From the human T2T-CHM13v2.0 reference genome, Homo sapiens, in NCBI RefSeq assembly GCF_009914755.1, contig NC_060937.1: a stretch of DNA of 64,000 nt; one strand, written 5' to 3'. The translations under genes and the position numbers were made by a program. Positions 43,534 to 56,490 of this stretch are shown piece after piece (the stretch's first letter is position 1; each line of letters opens with the position of its first letter). The notes below the pieces were generated by a model. It worked only from the letters and a program-made list of their open reading frames with translations. It searched no databases and was not told where the DNA came from.

Positions 43534-44057
43534 TCCCCTCTTTTTTTTAATGAAAATTTTAAATTTTAAATTTTTGTTCAAAATGTACTGTGTACTACTT
43601 TTTCTTCTTAACAGAATACACCAATTTGTGTAATCTCCCCTTGATGTAAGGTCACCGTGACGTGTCTGGTGTTTGTACACAGCTGCAGGGATAAAGTGTG
43701 ATGGTGGTGGGGTAGGGGGAATGTTCCCACTGACTTTGGAATTCTTGGTATATTTGTCTTTATAATTTTACTGTCACCTAATTTTGTCATTGTCCTTTTT
43801 TGCTATTCTTAGTTTCTATCAAATTTTTGAATTGCTCATTTAATTTACACACTGTTCTAAGTTGTTCTGAAATTTTTTGAAGTCTTTTTAGAAGTCAAGT
43901 ACTTAGGCTTTGTGACTTTTTTTGTTTGTTTTTGAATTTGAAGCTGTGCTCTAACTGCTAAAATAAATTATGTTTAATGACATAAGCTGTTTTTTTATAT
44001 GTGGAATAGATGCTCCCAACCTACTTTCAGAAAAGTGGGAACTCCAAGTGCTTTTCT

Positions 44058-44371
44058 TTTTTCTTTTCTTTTTTTTTTTTTTTTTTTTTGAGGCAGAGTC
44101 TTCTCTGTCACCCAGGCTGGAGTGCAGTGGTGCCATCTCCTGCTCACTGCAAGCTCCGCCTCCCGGGTTCACGCCATTCTCCTGCCTCAGCCTCCTGAGT
44201 AGCTGGGACCACAGGCGCCGCCACCACGTCCGGCTAATTTTTTTGGTATTTTTAGTAGAGACGGGGTTTCACCGTGTTAGCCAGGATGGTCTCGATCTCC
44301 TGACCTCGTGATCTGCCAGCCTCGGACTCCAAAAGTGCTGGGATTACAGGCGTGAGCCATTGCGCCCGGCC
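44058..44371 (-). mobile_element. AluY (CpG-rich, young)
   Basis: AluY diagnostics, many intact CpGs, long poly(T); TSD AAGTGCTTTTCT. Confidence 0.95.
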
Positions 44372-44452
44372 AAGTGCTTTTCTAACCACAGAAATGTTTT
44401 AGCATTGATGTAGCCATATCTTCTTGTTGTTAAAATTAAGGTGTGCGCTGCC

Positions 44453-44502
44453 AAAAACAAACAAACAAACAAACAAAAAACAAAAAAAAACAAAAAAAAA
44501 AC
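44453..44502. repeat. (AAAC)n / A-rich tract
   Basis: Direct reading. Confidence 0.9.
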
Positions 44503-44601
44503 AATGGACTGGGAAGGGTTGGTCCTAGGTAATAATGTGAAGGATAAAAATGTTTTTCTCTAGACCTCTAGCCTCCTCTTTCCAAAACCTTCCCTCCAAC
44601 C

Positions 44602-45180
44602 AAAAGTTGCCTGATTAAATATAAGAATCTCAGTTAGATTAGAAATTGATATAAATGCTGTATTCGTTCATTCTTACACTGCTATAAAGAAACACCTGAG
44701 ACTGGGTAATTTATAAAGGGAAGAGATTTAATTGGCTCACACTTCCACAGGCTGTACAGAAAGCATAGCTGAGGAGGCCTCAGGAAACTTACAATCATGG
44801 CGGAAGGTGAAGGGGAAGCAAGCATGTCTTCCTATGGCCAGAACAAGAGGAGGAAAAAGAAGAAAGAGGTGCTACACACTTTTAAACAACCAAATCTCGT
44901 GAGAACGAACTCACAGTCATGAGAACAGCAAAGGGAAATCTGTCCCCGTGATCCAATCACCTCCCACCAGTGCCCTCCTCCAACACTGGGAATTACAATT
45001 CAACATGAGATTTGGGGGGGGACACAAATCCAAACTATATCAAATGCCTAAGTTTCTTTTAATTTAGTATATCCCAAATATTAAATGGTACATACCTATA
45101 CTACAGAAATGTTTTTGTTTATCTAGCATTCAAATTTCACTTGACATTCCTTATTTTAATTTGCTAAATCTGCCTTAACC
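44602..45180. mobile_element. MER53 interrupted by MSTA LTR
   Basis: 'gttgcctgattaaatata...cagttagatt' before and 'tatatcccaaatatt...tttgctaaatctg' after the LTR. Confidence 0.7.
44659..45042 (-). mobile_element. MSTA-type MaLR solo LTR
   Basis: tgtattcgttc...caaactatatca with perfect TSD AATGC. Confidence 0.9.
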
Positions 45181-45336
45181 TCAACTTACATTAACTTTTT
45201 TCTTTCTTCTCTATCAAATTTACTCCCAATGGAAGAATTGTAAAGTCATTCAAACTAAGATATCAAAAGATAAGTAGAGATTATGGTCATCATAGTCATC
45301 TTCACTTTAGTGAAAGCAGAATGTTACAAGGGAGAA

Positions 45337-45641
45337 TTTTTTTTTTTTTTTTTTTTGAGACAGAGTCTCACTCTGTTGCCCAGGCTGGAGTGCAGTAGTG
45401 CGCTATCTTGGCTCACTGCAAGCTCCGCCTCCCGGGTTCACACCATTCTTCTGCCTCAGCCTCCCAAGTAGCTGGGACTACAGGTGCCCGACACCACGGC
45501 CGACTAATTTTTTGTATTTTTTTGGTAGAGATGGGGTTTCACCGTGTTAGCCAGGATGGTCTCAATCTCCTGACCTCGTGATCTGCCCACCTCGGCCTCC
45601 CAAAATGCTGGGATTACAAGCGTGAGCCACTGCGCCCGGCC
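45337..45641 (-). mobile_element. AluY
   Basis: 'gcaagctccgcctcccgggttcac'; TSD tacaagggagaattt/tacatgggagaattt. Confidence 0.95.
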
Positions 45642-45808
45642 ATACATGGGAGAATTTAAATGGTCAACAGGATGGTGGTCAGGAGCCTGGGGTAGAGATG
45701 ACTTCTTTCCCCTGAACTCCAACTGTAAGAACAGCTTCAGGGCCTCCATAGTAATGCTAACTCAGGAACTGCAGATTAGGAATCTTACCTTGCTTCTGAC
45801 TTGGCAAC

Positions 45809-46516
45809 TGTATAGAATACCATTAACACAAATAACTCCATCTTAGAAAAAGGCTGAATTTTATATTTCATAGGGCACTTTGCCAACAAGGATAAGATGT
45901 TGTGCCTAATAAACAAATAAAAAAATAAAGACTGCCTCTAACCAGATAAGGATACAAGCACATTTCTTCCACTATCAGTTCTCAATAGAGGACCCTGTGA
46001 CTATAAAAGATTAGGCCTTCAGCAGCTCAAAGTGACCATCTTAACTGACACCGTCTTGCAGTCACTCATGTTAAGAATTTGACATCTGCTGCCAAAGGCT
46101 CTGCAACCTCGAAGATTCTTTCTTTCAAGACCTACTGACACTGAGCCCAGACCAGGATTCCTTTTGCCTTCTTCCCTCCCCCTGAACTGATTCATTAACC
46201 TTTTCTCATATCTCTTTTTCCTCTTGATGTTAAATGTTACTTTGTTTATTGTGGAATGTTTAACTTACAATAGTTATATATTGATTAAATATACTATTAT
46301 GTATGATTTGCCGTGTTGACTTGTGGAATGGCTTCAGCCTGTGTGCCCATGGCTCTGACTACCGAGTAAATAAGTACTGAGGAGAATGCCCTCCTTGGGA
46401 ACTCCTTGGAGCTTGGGACTTTTGTGATTGAAATAACATTAATAAAAGCTTGACATTGTAGAAAGACACAAACATGTGTGGACCTGGTTATCTCTAACCT
46501 TGTACCACTCATGACA
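45809..46516 (+). mobile_element. ERV1 solo LTR (MER72-like) inserted in a MIR
   Basis: tgtatagaata...ctcatgaca, AATAAA at ~46441, near-TSD gcaac/gctac. Confidence 0.7.
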
Positions 46517-46560
46517 GCTACTATAAAACTGTGGATCTAGAACAAGCCATTTAACTTCCT

Positions 46561-47722
46561 TGCCACAGTTATCTACCGCCATATACCAAGCTAACCAAAA
46601 CTTAAAGGTTAAAGAAAAAAAAAACACCATTTTATCATATCTAAGAATTTCATGCATCAAAAATTCATGCGTGGATCTGCGGAGGGATTCTTTCCCACAT
46701 GGAGTCACATGAGGTCACTTGGTGGTATTGGCTGGTGGCTGCTCCAGTCTAGAGGGTCTGAGACAGCTTCACCCACATACATGGTGCCTATGGACTGGCT
46801 ACGAAAAGGATCAAAATATATGATCCAAAACATGCCACTTTGACATATGGCTTATTCTGGGCTGAAGGCACTTCAGAAGCAATAGATACAGGAAAGAACT
46901 TCTCTCTTTCTATCTAAAAGCAGGTCATAAAACTTCCCATGAGAAAGGTGCTGCCCCTGCACCAGGGAGAGAGACTGGGAGTTGATGCTGAAATGCATCT
47001 GTACAGACAAGCCTTCTAAAATACACTTTCTCGTCCATTAGTTTACTTCATCTATTTCTGAGTCACTTCCCCACAATACTGCCCCTAGAAGTTTAAACCC
47101 CATTTCCTCTGTCTTGTCACTTCTCCATAAATTTATTGTTCTTTGATATAATTGGTATATAAGCTCTCAGTCCTAACAGCTTTTTTGGATCTTCATTTTT
47201 CGTATGAAGGATCCCATGTGCATATAAAAATATTACAATTTGTATGCTTTTCTACTATTAATCTTCTGTCAATGTATATATTTATATATAATATGTAATT
47301 ATATGAAAATTTACGTATGCAATTACATATTATATGTGAATATATATAAACATAAATAATATAATTAAATTCTCAGACTCAGATATAGAACCTTAGACGG
47401 TAGAGGAAAAGCTTTTCTTCCTTAGAGCTGGCACTGCTCTTTCCACCTAGTGTCCTGTGCGTCTGGGTAGGTCGGACTTCCTCACAAGCACAGCAGTCTC
47501 AGGGCAGTCAGACTTCTAACATGGAGGCTCAGGCTTCAAGACAGAGTGTTTCCAAGAGATCAAGGATGAAGCTGAAAGACTTCTTACCACCGAGCCTCAC
47601 AAGACATGAACCTTCATTTCTGCCACATTCTGTTGGTGAAAAGAGAGTCAGTCCCAAGGCCAGCCCAGAATACCATGAACCATGGGTCACAGTGGGGCTG
47701 TCCTGGAGGACTAGCTACCACA
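46561..47722 (-). mobile_element. MLT1H-like LTR interrupted by MER34
   Basis: 'gaggtcacttggtggtatt', 'gtctcagggcagtcagacttctaacatggaggctcaggcttc', end 'ctagctaccaca'. Confidence 0.75.
46802..47426 (+). mobile_element. MER34C-like ERV1 solo LTR (with TA-rich expansion ~47270-47370)
   Basis: 'ccaaaacatgccactttgacat', 'gctgaaggcactt', end 'gtagaggaaaagcttttcttcct'; near-TSD gcta/gctg. Confidence 0.75.
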
Positions 47723-48399
47723 ACCACTGAGACTCAGTTCCTGCCTCGATGAAATTGGCTGTGATTACAAAGTGTTTGTGAGACTCACATGGAATAGATG
47801 TAAAAAAGAAATTGAAAATATTGCATTTCTGTTGCATTACATTAGATGACCTGAGTCAGACCCTTCTACTACCATTTCCATTTTATGAATATTGTGTGTC
47901 TTATTTTATTTATAAATAGCAAATGTATAATTATACACTATTTTGATATTTTGTAGAATTCTATATATGTAATTGTATATTATATATAAATATATAATAC
48001 ATGTTTATCTATAAATATATAATACACACACATATATATATACACACATACATATATATACCCTATGTCATCATTTGTATGTAATGAATTGATTTATTTC
48101 TGTGTACCTAGAATGGTACTGTTTAGACAGTACCATCCTCTGGAGAGTTGAGAAAATAGTTACTCAGTTTTATATGGGGCTTAATTCTGCCACAGACTCT
48201 CAGTTGGGAAAGGCTCATCTAAAAAGTTGAAATCACTTTGCACACATTAATCTAGCTGCTATAGTACCATCCTTTTAAAATACGATATTACCTTGAATTT
48301 AAATATAAAGACACATGTTCTCTCCAACTATGCACACCTCCCTTCCACCCCCAGCTGCTGTCTTTACCTAATATAAGTACATTATTCCTGTGTGTGCAT

Positions 48400-48401
<2 letters not shown>

Positions 48402-48439
<38 letters not shown>

Positions 48440-48440
48440 A
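48402..48440. repeat. (CA)n microsatellite
   Basis: Direct reading. Confidence 0.95.
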
Positions 48441-48980
48441 AATAAGGAAGGAAAAATGTACCCACATTTGATGCATAGAATCAAATCAGGTGTGGATCTG
48501 CTGGCATTCTCATACCTCCTCTAATCATTAGGCTCACCTGTTAAGAAGCTCAAGGGCTGAAACTTGATTGCTTATTAGAATTCTCCTGTGGAATCCTCAC
48601 CTCTTCAAGAAAAACCTCAGTAGCATGAGATATCTGCCAGCCTGCAACCTTAAGGCTTGTCAGTCATTTGCAGACTCCCATGAAGCCATGAATTTAACAC
48701 ATTATGTATTTGAGAAGCCATATAAATTTTACTGCCTGTATGCAGCAAAGCAAAGATTTTTGAGATACCAGATACGTGATTTGACAGGACTTATTTAGCA
48801 ACCAGATATTTTGGATTCCTGGAAGAGGTCTTAGAAAGTTAAGCCCTTCAAAATTTCACAAAACTAATATTCTGTATCTCTGTAATCAAATGTTTCTCTG
48901 ACACAGTTTATGAACTATGCTCTGCTAAGATGTTTGATAGCACAACCAATTTTCACAAAACATACCAATGAGATTCTGTG

Positions 48981-49534
48981 TTTATTGGTCAGGGTTCTCC
49001 AGAGGAAGAGAACCGATAGAATACATATAGAGAGAAATATATAAGATGGGATCTATTGGAAATTGGCTTGCATGATTATGGAGGCCAGGAAGTCCCATGA
49101 TATGCTGGCTACAAACTGGAGAACCAGGGAAGCTAATGTAATTCAGTCTGAGTCCAGAGGCCTGGAACTAGGGGAACTGATGATGTAATTCTCAGTCCAA
49201 GGCCAAAGGCCTGAGACCTGAAGCTCTGGGGTAGGTCTCAGAGTCCAAAGACCCAAGAACCTTGAGTTCTGATGTCTGAGGGCAGAAGAAGATGGATGGT
49301 TCAGCTCCAGAGAGAGGGTGAATTTGTCCTTCCTTCACCTTTTTGTTTTATCTGGTCATCTGACAGATTAAATGCTGTCCTTCCACATATTTGAGGGGGA
49401 TCTTCTTCATTTAATGTGTCAACTCAGATGCTTTTCTCTTCTGGAAACATCCTCACAGACATACCCAGGTATGTTTTACCAGTCATCTGGGTATCCCTTA
49501 ATCCAGCCAAATTGATACAAAATTAACCACCAGA
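48981..49534 (-). mobile_element. MLT2B-type ERVL solo LTR
   Basis: 'gtcagggttctccagaggaagagaacc', 'cctcacagacatacccag', end 'aaattgatacaaaattaaccacca'. Confidence 0.85.
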
Positions 49535-51029
49535 TGCAGTGAGTAGTACTAACATCTCTTTCCTCAGTGGAAATTGCAGAAGCTAAAATATCTTAGCATT
49601 ACTGTGCATATATTTTGCATCTAACTAAAGAATAAACTGCCAGTAATGTTCAGGATTTTTTCCATAGTACAGGTTTAAAAAAAGTTATTGTTGTTGTTTT
49701 GGTCTAAGGTAGTGTTCTGTTATATTATTTCCTGAAGGAATATTACATAAGTCAAATATTACTCTGTTTCCAAAAGTACAGAGAAATTCAAGAATGAGGT
49801 AAGTATCCTGTGTCACTTATCTGGATGGATCTAGTGATTCTTGATAGTCCTTTAATTGTGGGAATTCGGTCTATGTGTGGAAATCCAGAAAAATCCAAAT
49901 GTCTTTCTTAATACAGACGATCAACCTGAGGTCCAAAATCAGTATGTAGAAACTGCAGAGAAGATAAGATTGCAGTGCTACCAAGTCCTCAGAATTTCCA
50001 GGAACTTGGTTTTCATTTCACTATACCAGAAGAAACACATCTTAAAAGAAATGGTGGAAATTGGCATTGAAACAATTAAGAATCATCAGGCATTTGGGTT
50101 ATGTTACTTAATATATTTTCTTAGTATTTTAGATATGAGTAGGAGGGAAAAGAGCCACAGCTAAACAAACAAGTTTGGGGAAGCATTACCTAAGGAACAA
50201 TGAAGGATTTGTTGCCATGGAAATATCAGTGTTAGAAAGAAGTTAGAAGCTGTGTTGGACAAGAAAAAAAAAGGAGGTTTTTAAGGGAAAGTGGATTGTT
50301 CGGACACTGAAGCTTGTCAGATTGTGGTGTGCATTATTTGGGGTACACTTGGAGATCACCTGGTGGGAACCTGGCAGCTGGTGTTAGGGATGCAGAGGCT
50401 GTTTCATCGAGAGACTTTCTTGACTTTGAGAAGCTTCCTGGGGGCGATCCCAGATGGCTCACTTAGCAGGAAACTCATTTATTTGTAGCTACAAATACTT
50501 GCCAGAATCCCTAATGTCCATGTGAACAGGACTGCAAGCTCATAGCTGCTCCCCTGTAGTCAATTTGCAAGCCACATTGACTCTTTCAGTCTAAGATGGT
50601 ACCATTAGGAACCAGGTCACTCATGTTGTTTATTATTAATTTGTGGGTTGGATTTTTAATCAAAATTAACTCAGCAAAGAAGCAGATTGGATTAGCATGG
50701 TAAGAAGCTCTGAATTAAGGGCTTTAAATTCTAGAACGTTAGGATAAAAACTGGGATGGAAATTCTTGGAAGAAGTGGAATACTCTGAGAGAGGCTGAGG
50801 TTCAATGGAAGGTCTGGGGTTTTGTGGAGAGTGAAGAAGGGCTTGAATAGCTGCACAAAAGAGTTAGGAAGCTATTATATATTAGTGGAAAAATGTAATC
50901 TCTGTTACTTGGGGGCGAATTAACAACTTTTAGTTTATTAATTGGCTGGAAAGATGTTCAGTTTCACTCAATCATAGGGTCCCTGGGTGTCATGTTGGGG
51001 CGCAGTCATTGAATGGCAGCCTCAAAAGG

Positions 51030-52450
51030 TGAGCAGGGCCCAGATCACAAAGGCCCCTGTATGCTACCTAAAGAGTTTTCTCTTTTTTTTTTTTCAGGCA
51101 ACAGCAAGTGAGTAGAAGTCTTTAAAGTGGGATGTAAAATAAGCAGACTTACTGTATGTGTAAGAAAATACTGATAACAATAAATAGAAGAAACTGATAT
51201 TTATTACTAAGGAGAAAAGAACAATAAGTCAGATGAAAGATTGTGATAGACCACTGACAGTAGAAATGAAGAAGATAGGCCATTCATTCTACAACTCAAC
51301 AGATATTTGTTGAATACCTTTTATGTGCTAGCTGCTAAGTTTTGTATACAAGGAATACAGAGGTGAATAAAACAGACCAGTTACTTGATCTCAAGGAGTT
51401 TATATTCTAGCGGTAAAAACAATAATAAATAATCACCCAGATTAATGACATGATTCTTTCAGCTAGAGAGAAGTTCTTTGAAGAAAATAAAACTGGGTAT
51501 AAAGGGAGAGTGACTGGGCTAGGTGGCCTCTATTAGGGAGTGACACAAGATTTAGGACTTGACTGACAAGGAGTGAGTCATGTAATCTAGGGGAACAGCA
51601 TTCCTGGCAGAGGAAACCACCAGTGTAGAGACCTTAAGGATCTAGGTGTGTCGGAGGAAGAGTACAAGTAGCTGGAGCAGGTGATGATGAAACTGTGCTT
51701 AACCAAAGAGATAAAGAAACCAATTACTAGACAGAAATTATTCAGTTTGCAGGATGGCAGATGAAAAAAGAAACAACTTGCTGAAACACTAAAACTCCCT
51801 CTGCTTAAGAGATGAAAGAACTGGGTGAAATTGGTTGGAACCAATATGGCTGACTGGTGTCTGCATAGAATGAGCTTACTGAGGTCACAACCTGAATTTC
51901 CACCATCTATTTTATAATAACTCCCCCTGAGTTTGCACATGTGACCCATGAGATAGTATGACAAGAGAACTACACATGCTCAAGGACCTTACAGACCTCC
52001 CCTTTCCTTCCACTAATCACCTACTAATCTCAGAATCTACCCCCTGCCTGCTTTGAAGCCAGCAGGGCAGACAGATTTGAGCTTGACACTCCTGTCTCCT
52101 TGTGAGTCAACTTGCAATATAAAGCTTTTCTTTTCTCGAAAACCTGGTGTCATAGCATTGGCTTCTAGCACAAAATACCTTTTATTTGACAACAGTGGGA
52201 GGGGTTACAGTGGTATGGAATGGGGCTGAAGAGGAAGATTTGAAGGCTGGAATTGGGAGTTTAGATTCTAAAGGTAATGGAGTGACCTCATTTGGCTTAC
52301 ACTTTTAAAAGATCACTAATTGGTGTGTGGAAACAAGGAGGCCGGTTACGAGACTATTGTGGTAGTCCAGATGAGAGATGCTGGTGACTTGGATCAAGGT
52401 ACCAATTGCAGAGACAGAAAGAAATGGCAAATGTCAGCATATGAAAGATA
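51030..52450 (-). mobile_element. L2 fragments interrupted by MER66 LTR
   Basis: 'ctcaacagatatttgttgaatacct', 'agcattcctggcagaggaaac', 'gtagtccagatgagagatg'. Confidence 0.75.
51685..52194 (+). mobile_element. MER66-type ERV1 solo LTR
   Basis: 'gaaattggttggaaccaatatggc', 'ctgaatttccacc', 'tttgcacatgtgacccatgag'; ends 'gacaaca'. Confidence 0.78.
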
Positions 52451-52935
52451 CTGCAGACCCTCAGCTTTTGAGAGGAAGGTGCTCAGAAAATTCCTCACAA
52501 AGTTTTAACTATGAAGATATCTCCACAACATGTGATCCATCCCCAAATCAACTAAACTATATGAAAAAGTCGTAACCTTTTTGTTCCCTTAATGAGATTA
52601 CTACTTATGCCATGAAGAGTAGAGAACAATAAAGTCACAATGGAATATGGTGCAGCACAAGCCCACAAGTAACGCAATAACTATACGCATGTTTAACAGA
52701 AAACATTTTTATTTGCAGTCATGGTTACCTTTGAAGGAGAGTGTTCCTTAAAATGACAGGAGTTTTTGTCTCCTGGGATGCTTGATGGCTTGTTTGGAAA
52801 TGTCTGCACATAGAAGTTAGGAAAGAATGAATTTCCTCATAACAGAGGGAGTAGTTGAGAGTGAACCATGCCTGTGGCTTCCTACTTGTTAAGAAAGTCG
52901 GCTGAGCTTACACGTGTGAGGACACGTGAAACTTC

Positions 52936-53428
52936 TGTTAAGAGGAAAAACTTTACCAACTTAATTCCAGTAATCAGGGGCCTGAAAATTAATGGGCAAT
53001 AGCAGATTAACAGGGAAAAAGATTATTATGCATCCAGGAGCATTCGGATTAAGAGGCTTCCTGAACATCTAGATATAGGGGTTTATATCTCAACTTAATA
53101 AAGAAAAGAGAGGAGGGAGAAAGGGCTTCGATGGGAAAACAAATGGGCTTTAGGAAAAACAAATTGGCTTTTAAGAAGATCGAATGAAACATATGACAGT
53201 TTGTGATGATGTTGTTATGCAATCTCTCATCCCAGTGAGTGAGTGGTCTTACCTGGAGTGAAGCACCCCCACCCAGCAAGAGGATTTATGGCAGATTCAC
53301 TCTTGGAAGTCTCTTCTTTTAGTCAGATATGAGAAACTCCAACAAAGCTCTTTCTGCATCTGAAACTAAAATGTCTTCAGTTTAAAATAATCTTCGTATC
53401 AACTCTAGAGTTTGGATGAGTCTCCACA
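52936..53428 (-). mobile_element. MER4-group ERV1 solo LTR (MER90/MER101-like; subfamily uncertain)
   Basis: TG...CA termini with near-TSD cttc/cttt; 'cagattaacagggaaaa', 'tcttcagtttaaaataatctt'. Confidence 0.6.
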
Positions 53429-53799
53429 CTTTATTTCAACAAAGGCCGATGCAGAAACTCAGCATCTCGTTTGGATCCATATGTACGAAGTCAAGATACC
53501 ACAAATAAGCAGAGACCTAGGAGCAGAGGAAGCCATAGGAATATGGATCTTCTAGGACTACTTGGAAATCTCAGTGCAATTTATGCTTCCTGAAGGTATG
53601 GGATTGAATGCTTTAGCCAATCTTATCTAGATAGTTGCGTAGTCAGAGAGAGTCCTTTCTAACTATGAGCATTAATTCCTTTGCTCCAAACAAATTTAAA
53701 AGTGCATCTAGCATAAATACTTAGGTATGACAAGTGCTACAGGGGAGAAAATAAAAGTGTAAGATGTGGACATTTATAAGGTCAGGTCTGGGATGAATG

Positions 53800-53885
53800 T
53801 CCTTTGTCTCATTACCTAACTCTGCCACTCTTGTGTGATCTTGAACAGATTAATTCACCTCTCTGAGCCTTCATTTCATTATATA
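53800..53885 (+). mobile_element. MIR (resumes at ~54775-54900)
   Basis: 'ctctgccactcttgtgtgatcttgaacag..cctctctgagccttcatttc'. Confidence 0.7.
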
Positions 53886-53900
53886 TGTATATATGCAATA

Positions 53901-54545
<645 letters not shown>

Positions 54546-54569
54546 TATAATTTTTATTTTTGAGTGTTT

Positions 54570-54770
54570 ATTTAAATGCATTACTTCATTTGTCCTTTTC
54601 ATAACATGAGATATTGTGATGCCTGTATTAATATTTAACAAACAAAAAGGCTTTAAGACATCAAGCAGCTTCTCCAAGATCACACAGCCAGAAAGTGACA
54701 GAGCCAAAATGAGAATCCAGTTCTCTTTGATCCCAAACTTTCTCTCTTAACCACTACATTGTACCACCTT
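54570..54770 (-). mobile_element. MIR
   Basis: 'ctccaagatcacacagccagaaagtgacagagcc', 'ctcttaaccactac'. Confidence 0.7.
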
Positions 54771-54928
54771 AATATGCTGTAAGGTTGTTATAAGAATTAG
54801 GTTAAATTAAATTGATATAAGTGAGAAAGCATAAATAAATTGGTCTGCATAGTTCTGGCACATAGAAGTAACTTTAAAAATGGCAGGTGCTTTATAATTG
54901 TTTAATCATGAATAGTAAAATTATCTCT

Positions 54929-55309
54929 TGCTATGGTTTGCATGTGTCCCTCAAAGTTCATGTGCTGGAAACTGAATTCCCAGTGCAACAGTGTTAAGAG
55001 GTGGGACCTTTAAGAGGTTATTGGTGCATGAGGGCTCTGCCCTTGTAAATGGATTAACATTGTTATCACAGGAGTGGTTTGTTTTTAAAAAAAATAAATA
55101 AATAAAAGTGAGTCCTGTCTTGCTCTCTCATGTTCTCTTGCCCTCCTGCCTTCTGCCATGGAGTGACACAACACAAAGGCCCTTGCCAGACACTGGCACC
55201 TTGATATTGGACTTACCAGCCTCCAGAACCATGAGAAATAATGTCCTTTTGTTTCTAAATTACCCAGCCTGTAGTATTCTGTTATAGCAACACAAAACAG
55301 ACTAAGAAA
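54929..55309 (+). mobile_element. MSTC-like MaLR solo LTR
   Basis: tgctatggtttg...cagactaagaaa; perfect TSD TCTCT. Confidence 0.88.
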
Positions 55310-55379
55310 TCTCTACCTGGCTCTTTTTGTTTGAGTACTCTCTGACATTTTGGAGATTAAATCTCATAACATATTTTAT

Positions 55380-55380
<1 letters not shown>

Positions 55381-55416
<36 letters not shown>
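55381..55416. repeat. (CA)18 microsatellite
   Basis: Direct reading. Confidence 0.95.
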
Positions 55417-55418
<2 letters not shown>

Positions 55419-56490
55419 TCTATTGAATAAAGATGCATGTGTTATTTTGTTATGAGAGATCAAATGGGTAGTATTATAATTTTCAAGGGGGAATCTAGGG
55501 TGTAAAATATTGAGGCAGGAGCCTTAGAGAAAGTCTTCATGAAGGAGGTAGAACCTAAGCTGGGGAGAATTTACATGGTTCTTAGCTGGTAAACACAATT
55601 TCTCTAAGTACTTCATTTACAATAGAAATTAGCTTAGGCCCTGGATGAGTATGACTCATTTAAATGTTCAAAACCATGAATCACTCAATGTAGCACTATG
55701 GGCAATTTTAATGAAACATCTTTAATGTCTGTATTCCTTTGTTAACTGCTTCTATTGAATTTAAACAGAAGTCCCATTTTATTCCAAATTTAAATTCAAA
55801 AGAGATTTGATCTTTTCTTCCTGCCATTTTGCAACCCATGTAATTTCTCACAAGTGCCTGGAATTAAGATGTTGAGTCAGATGAGAAAGCTGAGTATGAA
55901 ACTAAATGAAACACCAAAGCAGAAGGGGAGACTTTGGAGTGACATATCCATTTGAAACCACTTGAGCTGGCCCTTCTCAATTCCTGAGACTTCCTAAATT
56001 GCAGTGGCTGACATGACCTCTAATCCTCAACTACTTGGAACACCAGAAAATCAAAGAGAAAAAAATTAATTCAAAAATCAAAAATGCCTCACACAAAAAG
56101 ATCTACATCTATGTATTAATTAATCTCAGCTTTATTCATAAGGCCCCAAAATGGAAACAAACCAAATGTGTAATGACATTGGTAAATGAATAAACCAATT
56201 CATTGGTAAATGAATAAACCAATTGTGGTACATCCATGCAAAGAAATAGCACACAGCAATGAAAAGAAACAGACTGCTGACACATGCAGCAACAAAATTG
56301 AAGCCTCAACATCATGCCAAATGGAAGAAGCTAGGCACAAAATGTTACTACCTACTTTATTACTTCATTTATAGGATATTGCACAAAAGGAAAAACTATG
56401 CAGACAGAAATCAGTTGATTTGTTGCCAGGGACCAAGAATGGGATACCGATTGACTGCAAGGGGACAGAGCACTTTTGGGAATTGAATAC

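Noticed and set aside
49560-50410. Possible very old CR1/L3-like RT remnant (SNITLFPK..., YPVSL...)
   Set aside because: Resemblance limited to a few residues across frameshifts; cannot be supported without an HMM search
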